64,000 nucleotides of DNA from Puniceicoccaceae bacterium (GCA_050301035.1 JBNKYT010000013.1:81796-145795), one strand, 5' to 3'; counted from the first letter of the stretch, positions 1-9,441 are shown. Notes: generated by a model from the sequence alone, not told the origin. Made by a program: numbers and translations.

Positions 1-2631
1 GAAGTCCAGGAAGGCTTCCTCAGTCAGTCGCCGAAACAATTCACCGCACTCTACCAACGCATCGAACGCGACTACGGCGATTACTTCTACGACCGCGAGA
101 GCGACCTGCACGAGGCACCGTCCGAAACGCCATCGGCCCCCGTAAAGAGCGCCTCCGCCGAAGAAGAGAACGACGACCTCGAAGCCTTCCTCGCCAGCAT
201 TCCGTTTGAGGACGAAGCGGATGACGACGACGCTTCCGCTCTGTCCCCGGAGCCAACCAGCCCCACCAATCGCAGCAGCGATATTCCGGCCGAATGGGAC
301 GTCCTCCAGTACTTCTATCAGGAAGCCGATGAAAATCTCGCTGCAATGGAGCAAGCCCTCCTCTCGCTGGAACGCGGCGAAGGCGGCGAAAGCGCCACCA
401 ACGAGATCCTGCGCCTGACGCACTCAACCAAAGGCGCGGCCAACAGCATGGGCATGTTCCGCATCGCCAAGCTCATGCACGCCACCGAAGAACTGTTTCT
501 GCGGGCGAGTGACAACGAGATCGAATTACAACCGGACGAGTACTCGGTGATCCTCGCAACAACCGATCTGATCCGGGAAATTCTCGACGAAACCCGTAGC
601 CATTCCCCCATTGAAGGCCTGTCCGAAAAGCTGGAAAAACATTTTCAGGCACTCGACTCCATCGGCGAGCCGCGCGCCCCACTGCCCGAACCGGTCCGCC
701 CCGAAACGCCAGCCCACACAAACCAAGCGGCGGAGACGGAAACAACTCCCACAACCGCCGGCGGGAACCTGTCAGCGCCTGCGGAGCCGCTGCCTCACGA
801 CGAGGCCATACCCGGCGCACCGCTCAACACCTTCCGGATCGATGCCGCCAAGATCGACTCCCTGATGAATACCGTCGGGGAACTCATCATCAGCCGCACC
901 CGGATGGCCAAAAAGATCGACCACCTGCTGGAGGTCTGCACCGAACTCACCAAATCGCGCACCCGCATGCGGGAAAGCATCGAAGCCTTCAGCGAACGCT
1001 TCGAATATACCAATCGGGAAACGGGAGCCATCATCTCCGGACAACCGGAAGCCGAAGCATCGGGACACACCTCATTGGCGGATGACTTCGCCTTGATGGA
1101 ATTCGACCGCTACGACGATTTCAACATCCTCAGCCGCCGACTGACCGAAATCGGGAACGACACCGATCTCGCGATCCGTCAAATCTTCCGGGGCGGTCAG
1201 GACGTGCGCAACGAATCCACTCAACTCGGGAGCTTCATCGGCCGCATTCAAGACGAAATCTCCAGCACCCGTCTGGCACCGATCGCCATCTTGTTCAAAC
1301 GTCTGGAACGCTCGGTCCGCGATGCCGCCCACAAAGCAAATTGCGAAGTCCGGCTCCAAACACACGGCGACGACATCCTCCTCGACAAGTCCATTCTCGA
1401 CGACCTCTTCCAACCCATGCTGCACATTGTGCGCAATGGCGTAGCCCATGCCTTTAAAGGGCGCGAAACCGGTCAAAATCTAATCCGGATCAACGCACAT
1501 CAAGAAGGAGGCCGCATCCTTGTGAGCGTAAACGATAACGGCAACGGAGTCGACTTCGAGAAAGTCGCCGCCCTCGCCCGCACTCAGGGACTGCTGTCAG
1601 CCTCAGACACCGCGGAATCCCACTTGCTCGAAGTACTCTTCCATCCCGGCTTCAGTACCACCGACGTTGCCGACGAAGTGTCTGGCCGCGGTATCGGGCT
1701 CGATGCCGTCAAAGCCGACATCGAGCGGCTCGGCGGCAGTGTCCGGATCGAGTCAGCCCAAGGACAAGGCACCGCCTTCTCCCTCAACCTTCCGCTGACT
1801 CTGGCGATTGATCGCGGCATGTACTTCTATGTCGGCAAACAACTGTACGTCGTCTTCATGGCCGCCGTCGAACAAGTCTTCTTCAGCCACGATGTGAAAC
1901 TCGGACAGATCGGAAACCGGGAAGTCCTGGAGTTGGACGACGCCTCCATTCCAGTCATCGACCTGCGTCACCTCTTCCAAGCACCCATCGAAGAAAACAA
2001 CCGTCGCGAAGCGATCATCCTCTGCCGCCAACTCAACAACCGCATCGCCCTCAAAGTCGACCGCGTCTTCTATCAGGACGACGTCGTGGTGAAAAACCTC
2101 GGCCCGCTTTTCGAAAATCACCGCTACTTCGGAGCCGCCACGATTTACGGCGACGGTGAAATCGTCCCGATTCTCGACATCGGCCGAATCGGGCCAGCGT
2201 TCCATAACGCAGACCTTCACGTCAGAGAACCACTCCCCGAAAAGGAAACTTCCGAAAAGAAAAACCGCATCCTCGTCGTGGACGATTCGCTCAGCGTGCG
2301 GAAAATCTGCGAGGACTATCTGGCCGACTCCGGCTTTCTCATCGAAACCGCCAACGACGGCCTCGACGCCCTCAACCGCATCAAGTCCCACTCGTACGAA
2401 CTCATCCTCACGGACTTGGAAATGCCGCGCCTCAACGGCCTCGAGCTCATCGCCGAACTGAAGCGCCGCCCGAACACGCGCGACATCCCCGTGATCGTCA
2501 TCACCTCCCGAACCACGGAAAAGCACCGAAAAAAAGCGCTCTCACTGGGAGCCGCCGAGTGCCTGGGCAAGCCTTTCGGTAAAGAAAGCCTGAACGCGGC
2601 CATAGCAGCGCAGCTCCTGGTGCAAGCCTAA
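1..2631 (+). CDS. cheA: CheA-family hybrid histidine kinase with C-terminal receiver domain (5' end outside window)
   Basis: Frame 1 is open from nt 1 to the first ATG at 346, so the CDS probably begins upstream of the window. Translation shows an Hpt site (LRLTHSTKGAANSMG), an HATPase region (RNGVAHAF, VNDNGNGVD, SGRGIGLD, GQGTAFSL), a CheW-like P5 segment and a receiver (ILVVDDS...LTDLEMPRLNG...LGKPF). Confidence 0.85.
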   Translation, partial: EVQEGFLSQSPKQFTALYQRIERDYGDYFYDRESDLHEAPSETPSAPVKSASAEEENDDLEAFLASIPFEDEADDDDASALSPEPTSPTNRSSDIPAEWDVLQYFYQEADENLAAMEQALLSLERGEGGESATNEILRLTHSTKGAANSMGMFRIAKLMHATEELFLRASDNEIELQPDEYSVILATTDLIREILDETRSHSPIEGLSEKLEKHFQALDSIGEPRAPLPEPVRPETPAHTNQAAETETTPTTAGGNLSAPAEPLPHDEAIPGAPLNTFRIDAAKIDSLMNTVGELIISRTRMAKKIDHLLEVCTELTKSRTRMRESIEAFSERFEYTNRETGAIISGQPEAEASGHTSLADDFALMEFDRYDDFNILSRRLTEIGNDTDLAIRQIFRGGQDVRNESTQLGSFIGRIQDEISSTRLAPIAILFKRLERSVRDAAHKANCEVRLQTHGDDILLDKSILDDLFQPMLHIVRNGVAHAFKGRETGQNLIRINAHQEGGRILVSVNDNGNGVDFEKVAALARTQGLLSASDTAESHLLEVLFHPGFSTTDVADEVSGRGIGLDAVKADIERLGGSVRIESAQGQGTAFSLNLPLTLAIDRGMYFYVGKQLYVVFMAAVEQVFFSHDVKLGQIGNREVLELDDASIPVIDLRHLFQAPIEENNRREAIILCRQLNNRIALKVDRVFYQDDVVVKNLGPLFENHRYFGAATIYGDGEIVPILDIGRIGPAFHNADLHVREPLPEKETSEKKNRILVVDDSLSVRKICEDYLADSGFLIETANDGLDALNRIKSHSYELILTDLEMPRLNGLELIAELKRRPNTRDIPVIVITSRTTEKHRKKALSLGAAECLGKPFGKESLNAAIAAQLLVQA

Positions 2632-2653
2632 CCACGACTTTCAAAATCCAACC

Positions 2654-3418
2654 ATGCCCGTTTCTCAACAATTCGTCACCTTCCAGTGCGCGGCATACCA
2701 CATGGCCCTGCCCGCCGATGCGATCCGGCACCTCACCTTCGCAGAAAAGAAAGACGCCATCCTCACACAAAAAGAATTCTCCATCGGCTCCTTCCGGTCC
2801 GGCGAAGAAATCCTCCCCGGCGTGGAACTCTTCGACACGGCCGAGCCGGGGCAGCGCGTCCCGCTCATCCGTATCGACACACCCGAAGGTCTGCTGGCCG
2901 TCCGTGCCACACAGATTCTCGACCTGCACCGCACCGCCCGACTTCAGCCCCTGCCGCTCTATACCGACGACGGTATCGCCGCCTGCTTCCCGCTCGGCTT
3001 CAGGTGGAAGCAACGAACTTACCACGTACTGGATGAACAAGCCCTGCTGAAGCTCGCCCCTCAGGCCCTCTTGAAGGCAGCAGATGCCGACCAAGAGCTG
3101 ACCACACGAGAACGCAGCATTCCGGTTCAACAGAAATACTGGTTGAGCTACCAACTCAGCCTGATCCTCAATGAAAAAATCTCCGGCCGGATCGAACTGG
3201 AAACCCGCGAGAACCGCGCTTGCCTGGGCTTTACCGCCGGTCACCTCACCTACGCCCGAAGCGATCAAAAGGCCGGTCGCGATGCACTGCGCGCCATCGC
3301 GGCGGAAAAGAACTGGCAGAAGGCACAATGGCACGACGACGAAATCGACGCCGACCATAATATCGCCGACAATCTCCTCGATCTAATCGCCGACTCAAAC
3401 CCCATCCACGCCCAATGA
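2654..3418 (+). CDS. CheW-like coupling domain fused to a DUF4388-like C-terminal domain
   Basis: The N-terminal ~135 aa follow the CheW pattern (QQFVTFQCAAYHMALPADAIRHL; GSFRSGEEILPGVEL; LIRIDTPEGLLAVRATQILDL). The C-terminal part (SGRIELETRENRACLGFTAGHLTYARSDQKAGRDALRAI) resembles DUF4388. It starts 22 nt after the cheA stop. Confidence 0.6.
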   Translation: MPVSQQFVTFQCAAYHMALPADAIRHLTFAEKKDAILTQKEFSIGSFRSGEEILPGVELFDTAEPGQRVPLIRIDTPEGLLAVRATQILDLHRTARLQPLPLYTDDGIAACFPLGFRWKQRTYHVLDEQALLKLAPQALLKAADADQELTTRERSIPVQQKYWLSYQLSLILNEKISGRIELETRENRACLGFTAGHLTYARSDQKAGRDALRAIAAEKNWQKAQWHDDEIDADHNIADNLLDLIADSNPIHAQ

Positions 3419-3891
3419 GTTCCGCCACACCATCCTCCACCGCAAGCGAGATCGGCGGGCTCTTACTGGAAACCGCCGGAGCAAGCTACCACCTCCCCGG
3501 AACATCGCCCACGGCCGTCATCCGGCTCCACGAATGGAGCCCCGTTCCGGGTGCGCCAAGCTACGTTCTCGGCACTACCGAACATGAAGAACGGATCTAT
3601 ACCATCCTGGATCCCGACGGATTCGAGCCGGCCCTACAGCCCGAAAAACCAGCACCTGTGCCATCGGCCCCGCAAGAATCACGGATCGGACTCGTCATCA
3701 CCGACGAGCGTGCACACCCCTACATACTCGTGGGCCTGCGTGTACGTTCCGCGCCCGCCTCCGGCACAAACGGCTGGACCGAGCTCACTTTCCCTCCGCC
3801 TCTGCTCATGCCCGGAACCGCCCAAACACCGATTCAGATACAACGAGGCCCGAATGCCACGACACGCTCGGAGCCAATGGCACGCACGTAA
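3415..3891 (+). CDS. CheW-like protein
   Basis: PVPGAPSYVLGTTEHEERIYTILDPDGF and RIGLVITDERAHPYILVGLRV fit the CheW core pattern. ATGA start/stop overlap with the preceding gene at 3415-3418. Confidence 0.55.
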   Translation: MSSATPSSTASEIGGLLLETAGASYHLPGTSPTAVIRLHEWSPVPGAPSYVLGTTEHEERIYTILDPDGFEPALQPEKPAPVPSAPQESRIGLVITDERAHPYILVGLRVRSAPASGTNGWTELTFPPPLLMPGTAQTPIQIQRGPNATTRSEPMART

Positions 3892-3971
3892 CAGATTTTG
3901 AGTCAAAAATCAGCGCGTATGTTCCGCCATCAGCCCCCGGTCGGCACGCGGGCTTACTCAACAATCAGTGA

Positions 3972-4445
3972 TCAATCCGGCTGCGCGGAATTGATCACTT
4001 CAGGTTCTGGTTTTGCGGTGAATGCTTGCTTGGAATGCGGATCGAAGCCTGCGCTTTCATAAAACTTTAGAGTACCTTCATCTTTTCTTCCTGTCATTAA
4101 CATAACTTTATAGCAGTTTTGGCTCCAAGCGTAATTCCGTGCGTGCACAAGAATGGCCCTGCCAATTCCATTTCTTCTGAATTTGGGGTGAGTTACCACA
4201 TTTTCGATTAAGCCATAGGGACGACAGGAACGGGTCAGGTTGGGGATGATGGAAATTGTACAGGAAGCAACCAGTCTTTCTTTCTCGAAGGCTCCGAAAT
4301 AATTCAGCTTCGGACTGTTGATAATTTCGCCCCAAACGACTGATAATTGCTCTTTTTCGGGCAGTGGGGTGTCATCTGCGTGAAGATGCTCATAGAGAGC
4401 TAAAAGTTCGCTTAACTCGGACTCTTTTAATTCTCTTATTTTCAT
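3972..4445 (-). CDS. GNAT family N-acetyltransferase
   Basis: Acetyl-CoA binding motif A region (VVTHPKFRRNGIGRAILVHARNYA...LKFYESAGF). Visibly lower G+C than the flanks. Confidence 0.85.
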   Translation of the reverse strand: MKIRELKESELSELLALYEHLHADDTPLPEKEQLSVVWGEIINSPKLNYFGAFEKERLVASCTISIIPNLTRSCRPYGLIENVVTHPKFRRNGIGRAILVHARNYAWSQNCYKVMLMTGRKDEGTLKFYESAGFDPHSKQAFTAKPEPEVINSAQPD

Positions 4446-4470
4446 TTCATTCTCCAGAACGATGGGAGTC

Positions 4471-4974
4471 TCAAGAAGTGAAGCGCGGAGCGCGCAACGG
4501 AATTGAGACCTCCGATTGGTTACGTATTATTTTTTTCGCCATATGTGAGGAAGTCGTGAACCCCAGCTTTTGGTATAGGTCGCCACTTAACCTGGATGCA
4601 TCTAAATTAACTGTCGAAATGCCTGCAGACTCAAACCATGGCAATAGCATCTCAAGCATAGCTTTTGCGATTCCTTTTCTTCTGAATTCTGGACTCACGA
4701 AAACGTCCATCAGATAGCCATAATCCGACTGCTTAAATGAGGCGCTCAGGAATTGATCTGTGCGTATCAATCCTCCAGCACATCCGATGATTGAATTGTC
4801 GCTTTCGCAAACAACATGAATGCATTTCTTTTTCTGGTATTCGCCGGTGTAGTAATGGATCGTTCTTTCGAGAAAGTCCTCAGTCAACAGCTGGGTAGTT
4901 TCGATTTCATCAAACATCCGAAATCGAAGCTCTGCGATTCTGGCTAGGTCTTGAACTGTAGAAAAACGATTCAT
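4471..4974 (-). CDS. GNAT family N-acetyltransferase
   Basis: Motif A region (VFVSPEFRRKGIAKAMLEMLLPWFESAGI...LYQKLGF). In tandem with the previous GNAT and also low G+C. Confidence 0.85.
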   Translation of the reverse strand: MNRFSTVQDLARIAELRFRMFDEIETTQLLTEDFLERTIHYYTGEYQKKKCIHVVCESDNSIIGCAGGLIRTDQFLSASFKQSDYGYLMDVFVSPEFRRKGIAKAMLEMLLPWFESAGISTVNLDASRLSGDLYQKLGFTTSSHMAKKIIRNQSEVSIPLRAPRFTS

Positions 4975-5004
4975 ATTTTCTTATATATTAAGGTAAAACC
5001 GCCG

Positions 5005-5523
5005 TTACCGGACGATCCCCTTGTCCCGCTCAAGCGGGACGAGCGGCATTGATTCGCTTCGCTCAGTCCTACGGACCAGCCTCCAGCTGCCCATCTCCGC
5101 TATGCTACGTCCCGCACAGGGCTCCTCAGTTGAGTCGCGCAGTGGTTGAAGCGATGCTTTCAGATTAGACATGGGGTCGATGGCTGCATGGTTTCTACGA
5201 TTTTCGAATTTGGGATGTCGAGCGTCTTCCTCCAGTATGCCCGCCCGCAGCCATTTGCGGATCAGGCAGATGAAGTGACTGTCGGCGATCCGCTCTTCAA
5301 ACATCCGGATCAGCCAATCGTGATCCATGTGATCGAAGAAGCCTTTGATGTCGGCTTCGACGTCTACTACCTTCTTACAGGGCTGATCGCATGCTTGGGG
5401 GAGTGTGCGAGGCTCCTTGCGACTCGTAATGCTTCTCTGTCTACGCTTCGACAAAGCTGCTGCAAGTCCCACCGAAGGGGAATGAGTAAGCGAATCGGGA
5501 TTCAGCCACATGGGGTATTTCAA
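5005..5523 (-). pseudogene. Relic of a group II intron/retron-type reverse transcriptase (truncated)
   Basis: The internal segment VVDVEADIKGFFDHMDHDWLIRMFEERIADSHFICLIRKWLRAGILEED matches the RT block that normally precedes the GTPQGG and YADD motifs. Neither motif follows, and the flanking translation looks unrelated. Confidence 0.55.
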
Positions 5524-5712
5524 ACTTCCAGTCCCAAACCTGCCTAGCTTTCAACAATGCAACTTCCCCCCTCCCAGCGAGTGACACCGCCCAAAAAGTA
5601 AATTCCTAACAGTTGCCATACGGCGAGCTTTCATTTTGATCCGTTATTTTGCACGGATGATCCTGTCTCCCTGTCTCGCCCCAACACTTGAATAATATAG
5701 ATAAACAGCCCC

Positions 5713-7722
5713 ATGGCCTTTCGTCGTCTTTCAGTCTCATCCTGTCTTCGCATTGCAGTATTTGCCCTCTGCGGAGCAGCCACAGTTCAACTGTCTGCAA
5801 TCGACAAAGAAGCGAAGTGGCTCCAACAACTGACTTTCCGTGAGCAGCGTTTACTTGAAAAAATGCTGGCTAAAACGCCGAAGACGACAAAAGAAAGTCA
5901 AACCATAGTTGAGCCCCGAATAGTGGGGGGCGATACCGCTGCATCGGGTGACTACCCCTGGATGGTTGGACTCTTGGACCGAGCGACCAGTGATCGCTTT
6001 CAAGCGCAATACTGTGGTGCCTCATTAATTCATCCCTACTGGGTTTTGACGGCTGCGCACTGTGTCGATGGAGATTCGCCCGAGGTGATCGATGCCTTGG
6101 TGGGAGGGTATAATCTCAACTCGTCCACCGAGGGAGAGCGGATTGAGGTGGTTGAGATCATCATGCACCCCGACTATGATCCGAACACATTGGATTCGGA
6201 TGTCGCTTTGCTACGCCTGGCAACGCCAGCTTCGGCCCCGGTTTTGCGCTTGAACAGTGACGCAGCCCTGGAGCAACCTGACACGCTGGCCGCCGTCATC
6301 GGCTGGGGGGCGCTGGATGAAGAGAATACCAGCTTTCCGGCTGTGCTCAACGATGTGTTTGTTCCTTTGGTTTCGCTGGGAGATGCGAACGCGTCCAATC
6401 GCTATAATGGCACGTTGACGACGAACATGCTGGCTGCAGGCAACCTGAGTGAAGGAGGCGTCGATAGCTGCCAGGGAGACAGCGGAGGCCCACTCGTGCT
6501 GGAAGATATCGACGGTGAGTGGACACTGTCGGGGATCGTAAGTTTTGGCAATGGCTGTGCAAATCCCGATTTTCCCGGCATTTATACCCGGGTTAGCCAG
6601 ATCCGCTCTTGGGTGCTGCGGCACGTCTTGCCGGAGTACGCGGATTGGGAGATCGAGCAGGATGTGTTTGGAGAGGCCCGTGATTTCGATGAAGACACAC
6701 AATCCAACTTCTACGAATTTTCTCTGGATTTGAATCCACGTCAGATGGATGGCGGAGGGGTCAACGCGCTGACTGTGGATGGTCAAGCGGCCTTTCAACT
6801 GAGCCGGCCGATGGATGGCGGGGCCGAAGTGGCGTATCGCTTGTTGTATAAAGCCTCACTGTCTGACCTGAGCTGGACCGAGCTGGACTACGAGAGTTCC
6901 CTCGCGGGCTCTGATGTCGTCGATGACCGCGAGCTATTGACTTTCGATTTCCCTGCGGCAAATGCCGGATTCGTTAAGGTTGAACCAAAAGAAGCGCAGG
7001 ACTTGGCCTTCGCACCCCGCTGGATTCCCTTGGGCCGCCCGTCCTACTCGAACTTAACTTCAGAGCTGCGCAGAGACGAATTCGGGAGATTGTATCAGGA
7101 ATTTCTGGTCACCGATACCTCTGGTGGCGAAACCTTGACCATTACTGGCGTATCGAATGATTTCGACTTGGGGGTTGAACTCTACGACTATGCGACCGGT
7201 GTGCTGTTGGGCTCGTTCACTGCGGATAATTTCGAAAGCACCAGCGAGCAATTCGAGTACACGCCAAGCTCCGGTTTCATCGTGCGTGTCTTTTCGGAAA
7301 CCTCAATTGGGCAAGGCGCGTACTGGATTTTAGTCGGTGTGCCGAGTTCTGGAACCGTCGATACGATCGGGCAGAATGACACCATAAACGATTCACTCAC
7401 CACGAGTGACGAGGTGGATCCCATCTATTCAGGAGGCGGTGAGACTTACTACAAAAAGGACTACTTCCTCGACACTCCGGACGGCTATAATACTGCAATC
7501 GAAGTGACACTGACTTCCAGTGACTTTGATGCCTACCTCATGCTTGTGCATGCCACCACGGGTGCCCTGCTTGATGAGAATGATGACATCAATGCGGGTG
7601 CCGGAAATTATAATTCAAGCCTAACAATTGCCCCATCGAATTTTGGGAATGTTTTGATCCGTGTGACCACTGCCTATGGCAGTGAGACCGGGTCCTTCAC
7701 CTTGACGACAAATCCGATATAG
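5713..7722 (+). CDS. Secreted trypsin-like serine protease (S1 family) with C-terminal PPC-like domains
   Basis: Signal peptide (MAFRRLSVSSCLRIAVFALCGAATVQLSA), activation junction PR/IVGG, catalytic His (LTAAHCV), Asp (DSDVALLRL) and Ser (DSCQGDSGGPLV). The C-terminal segments DFDLGVELYD and SDFDAYLMLVHATTGALLDENDD resemble pre-peptidase C-terminal domains. Confidence 0.9.
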   Translation: MAFRRLSVSSCLRIAVFALCGAATVQLSAIDKEAKWLQQLTFREQRLLEKMLAKTPKTTKESQTIVEPRIVGGDTAASGDYPWMVGLLDRATSDRFQAQYCGASLIHPYWVLTAAHCVDGDSPEVIDALVGGYNLNSSTEGERIEVVEIIMHPDYDPNTLDSDVALLRLATPASAPVLRLNSDAALEQPDTLAAVIGWGALDEENTSFPAVLNDVFVPLVSLGDANASNRYNGTLTTNMLAAGNLSEGGVDSCQGDSGGPLVLEDIDGEWTLSGIVSFGNGCANPDFPGIYTRVSQIRSWVLRHVLPEYADWEIEQDVFGEARDFDEDTQSNFYEFSLDLNPRQMDGGGVNALTVDGQAAFQLSRPMDGGAEVAYRLLYKASLSDLSWTELDYESSLAGSDVVDDRELLTFDFPAANAGFVKVEPKEAQDLAFAPRWIPLGRPSYSNLTSELRRDEFGRLYQEFLVTDTSGGETLTITGVSNDFDLGVELYDYATGVLLGSFTADNFESTSEQFEYTPSSGFIVRVFSETSIGQGAYWILVGVPSSGTVDTIGQNDTINDSLTTSDEVDPIYSGGGETYYKKDYFLDTPDGYNTAIEVTLTSSDFDAYLMLVHATTGALLDENDDINAGAGNYNSSLTIAPSNFGNVLIRVTTAYGSETGSFTLTTNPI

Positions 7723-8524
7723 AAGTCTCCATGCCTGCGAGTCGCAGAACCATTGCGACAGAAAGACCACTTCCACCTGCCGTTCTGTTTCCCCTGCCCT
7801 CGGGGCGACTGACGAATAAACTGCTGTTGTAGCCGTTTTACTCAAAATGGGCATCACTGTGGCATACATGCTAATGCTTGGCTCATACGTTCAAACTCAG
7901 CCTAACGAAACCAAATATAGTCATTTCCTCTTACACAGAAGAAGAAACACCTCAATGATATCATACGTACAAAACAACTTAATAAACTCCTTCGGAATTT
8001 CCCCAAGCAACAAATGCACCAAAAAAAAATACATTAACAATTAAATACAAAAGCCAAACTAAACTACCTTCTTTCATATTCTCAATCACTATGATATGCC
8101 CAGAGAAAAGTGGACATGGAATGCTCTTAGCACGAGGATCAAACCATAAAAAGACGATGCTACACTGCCGAGTAAAAAAAGGAGGCAGTCAAAATGATCA
8201 TACTGGACGGGACACAAGTGAAGGAGGTCTCGGAGCAGCATGGGGTGCCCGCCGGGGTGTCGTATCACAGGAAGCAAACGCATCTGGATGAGCTTAAGGC
8301 TGAGGCCGCCGGCGCTGCCGGACACAGTGGAGTTGAGGTTGTTGGCGTCGTAGGCATAGGAGGTGATAGTCCAGTTGCCGGTTAACCGGCAAAAAAACAC
8401 CAAGATCGAAGATCAGCAGATTTGAGATCAGACGCCGGGTAATCAGAGCCGATGACACCAAACAAAAAAACGTGCCCGACACGGACAACACCCCCTCCCC
8501 CGAAAAATCAGGAAGCGTAATCGC

Positions 8525-9433
8525 CTATTTGATCTGCAGGCCTGAATTATCCGCGCTCAAACGATAGATACGTGCGGTTTTCCCATTCACTTCGTAAATC
8601 TGTTGCATCGCAGCTCCCACCTTCAGCGCATTCGCCTGATCGGTAACACAGATGACAGTCGAGCCACTGCCGCTCAGCCAACCGGTGTAGGCTCCGGCAT
8701 GGCACCCGGCTTCGATACTTTCGTGGCCGAAGGGGTTCAGCAATTCGCGGTAAGGCTGATGGATGTAATCATTCACCGCACCTTTCAAACGGGTGAAATC
8801 TCCGGAAACCAAGACGCCGACCAGATAGGCCAGGCTATTGGCACTGCGAACCACATCATTAAAGGGAATGCTATCCGGCAGTACCCGGCGCGAATCGGCG
8901 GTCAGCACTTCATAATCCGGCGCGACCGCAACAAACACCAACGAATCGGGCAACGGAAAGCGCACATGCTCGCGATAGGCGAAGGTCTTCGGCTCGGTTC
9001 GCGCAATACAAAACCCACCGGCAAAGGCGGCACAGGCATTATCCGGCGCATTGTCGAGCTTCGTGGTAATGCGGATCATCGCCTCCGAGTCGAGTGGCTT
9101 ACCATAAAGAGCGTTCAGTCCGGCAACGATCCCGGCACGAATCGTCGAGCTGGAACCGAGCCCACGGGCAGGCGGCACTTCGCCCCAGATCTCGTAGTCG
9201 AATCCGCCGACTTCCACGGACGCCGATTGCGCAAAACCAAGAGCGGCATCTTCAACCATCCGCCGGGTGCTCACATCCTCGCCCCCCACACATACAATCC
9301 GGTCATCGTCACGCAAAGTGACTCGCACGAAGTTATATAGAGTGAGCGCGATGCTCAGCGTATCAAAACCCGGTCCGCAATTGGACGTGCTGGCGGGGGC
9401 TTGAACAAGTACGGATCTGGGAGGGACAGTCAT
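8525..9433 (-). CDS. thrB: Homoserine kinase
   Basis: GHMP kinase motifs (APASTSNCGPGFDTLSIAL; PPARGLGSSSTI). Size of 302 aa fits. Confidence 0.9.
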   Translation of the reverse strand: MTVPPRSVLVQAPASTSNCGPGFDTLSIALTLYNFVRVTLRDDDRIVCVGGEDVSTRRMVEDAALGFAQSASVEVGGFDYEIWGEVPPARGLGSSSTIRAGIVAGLNALYGKPLDSEAMIRITTKLDNAPDNACAAFAGGFCIARTEPKTFAYREHVRFPLPDSLVFVAVAPDYEVLTADSRRVLPDSIPFNDVVRSANSLAYLVGVLVSGDFTRLKGAVNDYIHQPYRELLNPFGHESIEAGCHAGAYTGWLSGSGSTVICVTDQANALKVGAAMQQIYEVNGKTARIYRLSADNSGLQIK

Positions 9434-9441
9434 CGGGGGTA

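Noticed and set aside
4975-5160. Group II intron domain V/VI RNA downstream of the RT relic (GAGCCCTGTGCGGGACG... on the minus strand)
   Set aside because: I tried to fold it as the 34-nt domain V helix. Only the outer GCCC/GGGC pairs form and the inner stem does not pair, so there is no support for an intact intron 3' end.
5146-5547. ORF 5146..5547(+) of 133 aa
   Set aside because: It is antisense to the RT-like segment, whose conserved block gives the minus strand better support. Neither strand is likely to encode a functional protein.
8089-8403. ORFs 8089..8403(-) with a YD-repeat-like string and 8194..8385(+) with an IS3 OrfA-like HTH and an AGGAGG RBS
   Set aside because: Each similarity rests on fewer than 15 residues. 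The two ORFs overlap antisense, so at most one can be real. I kept them only as possible decay products in the island finding.
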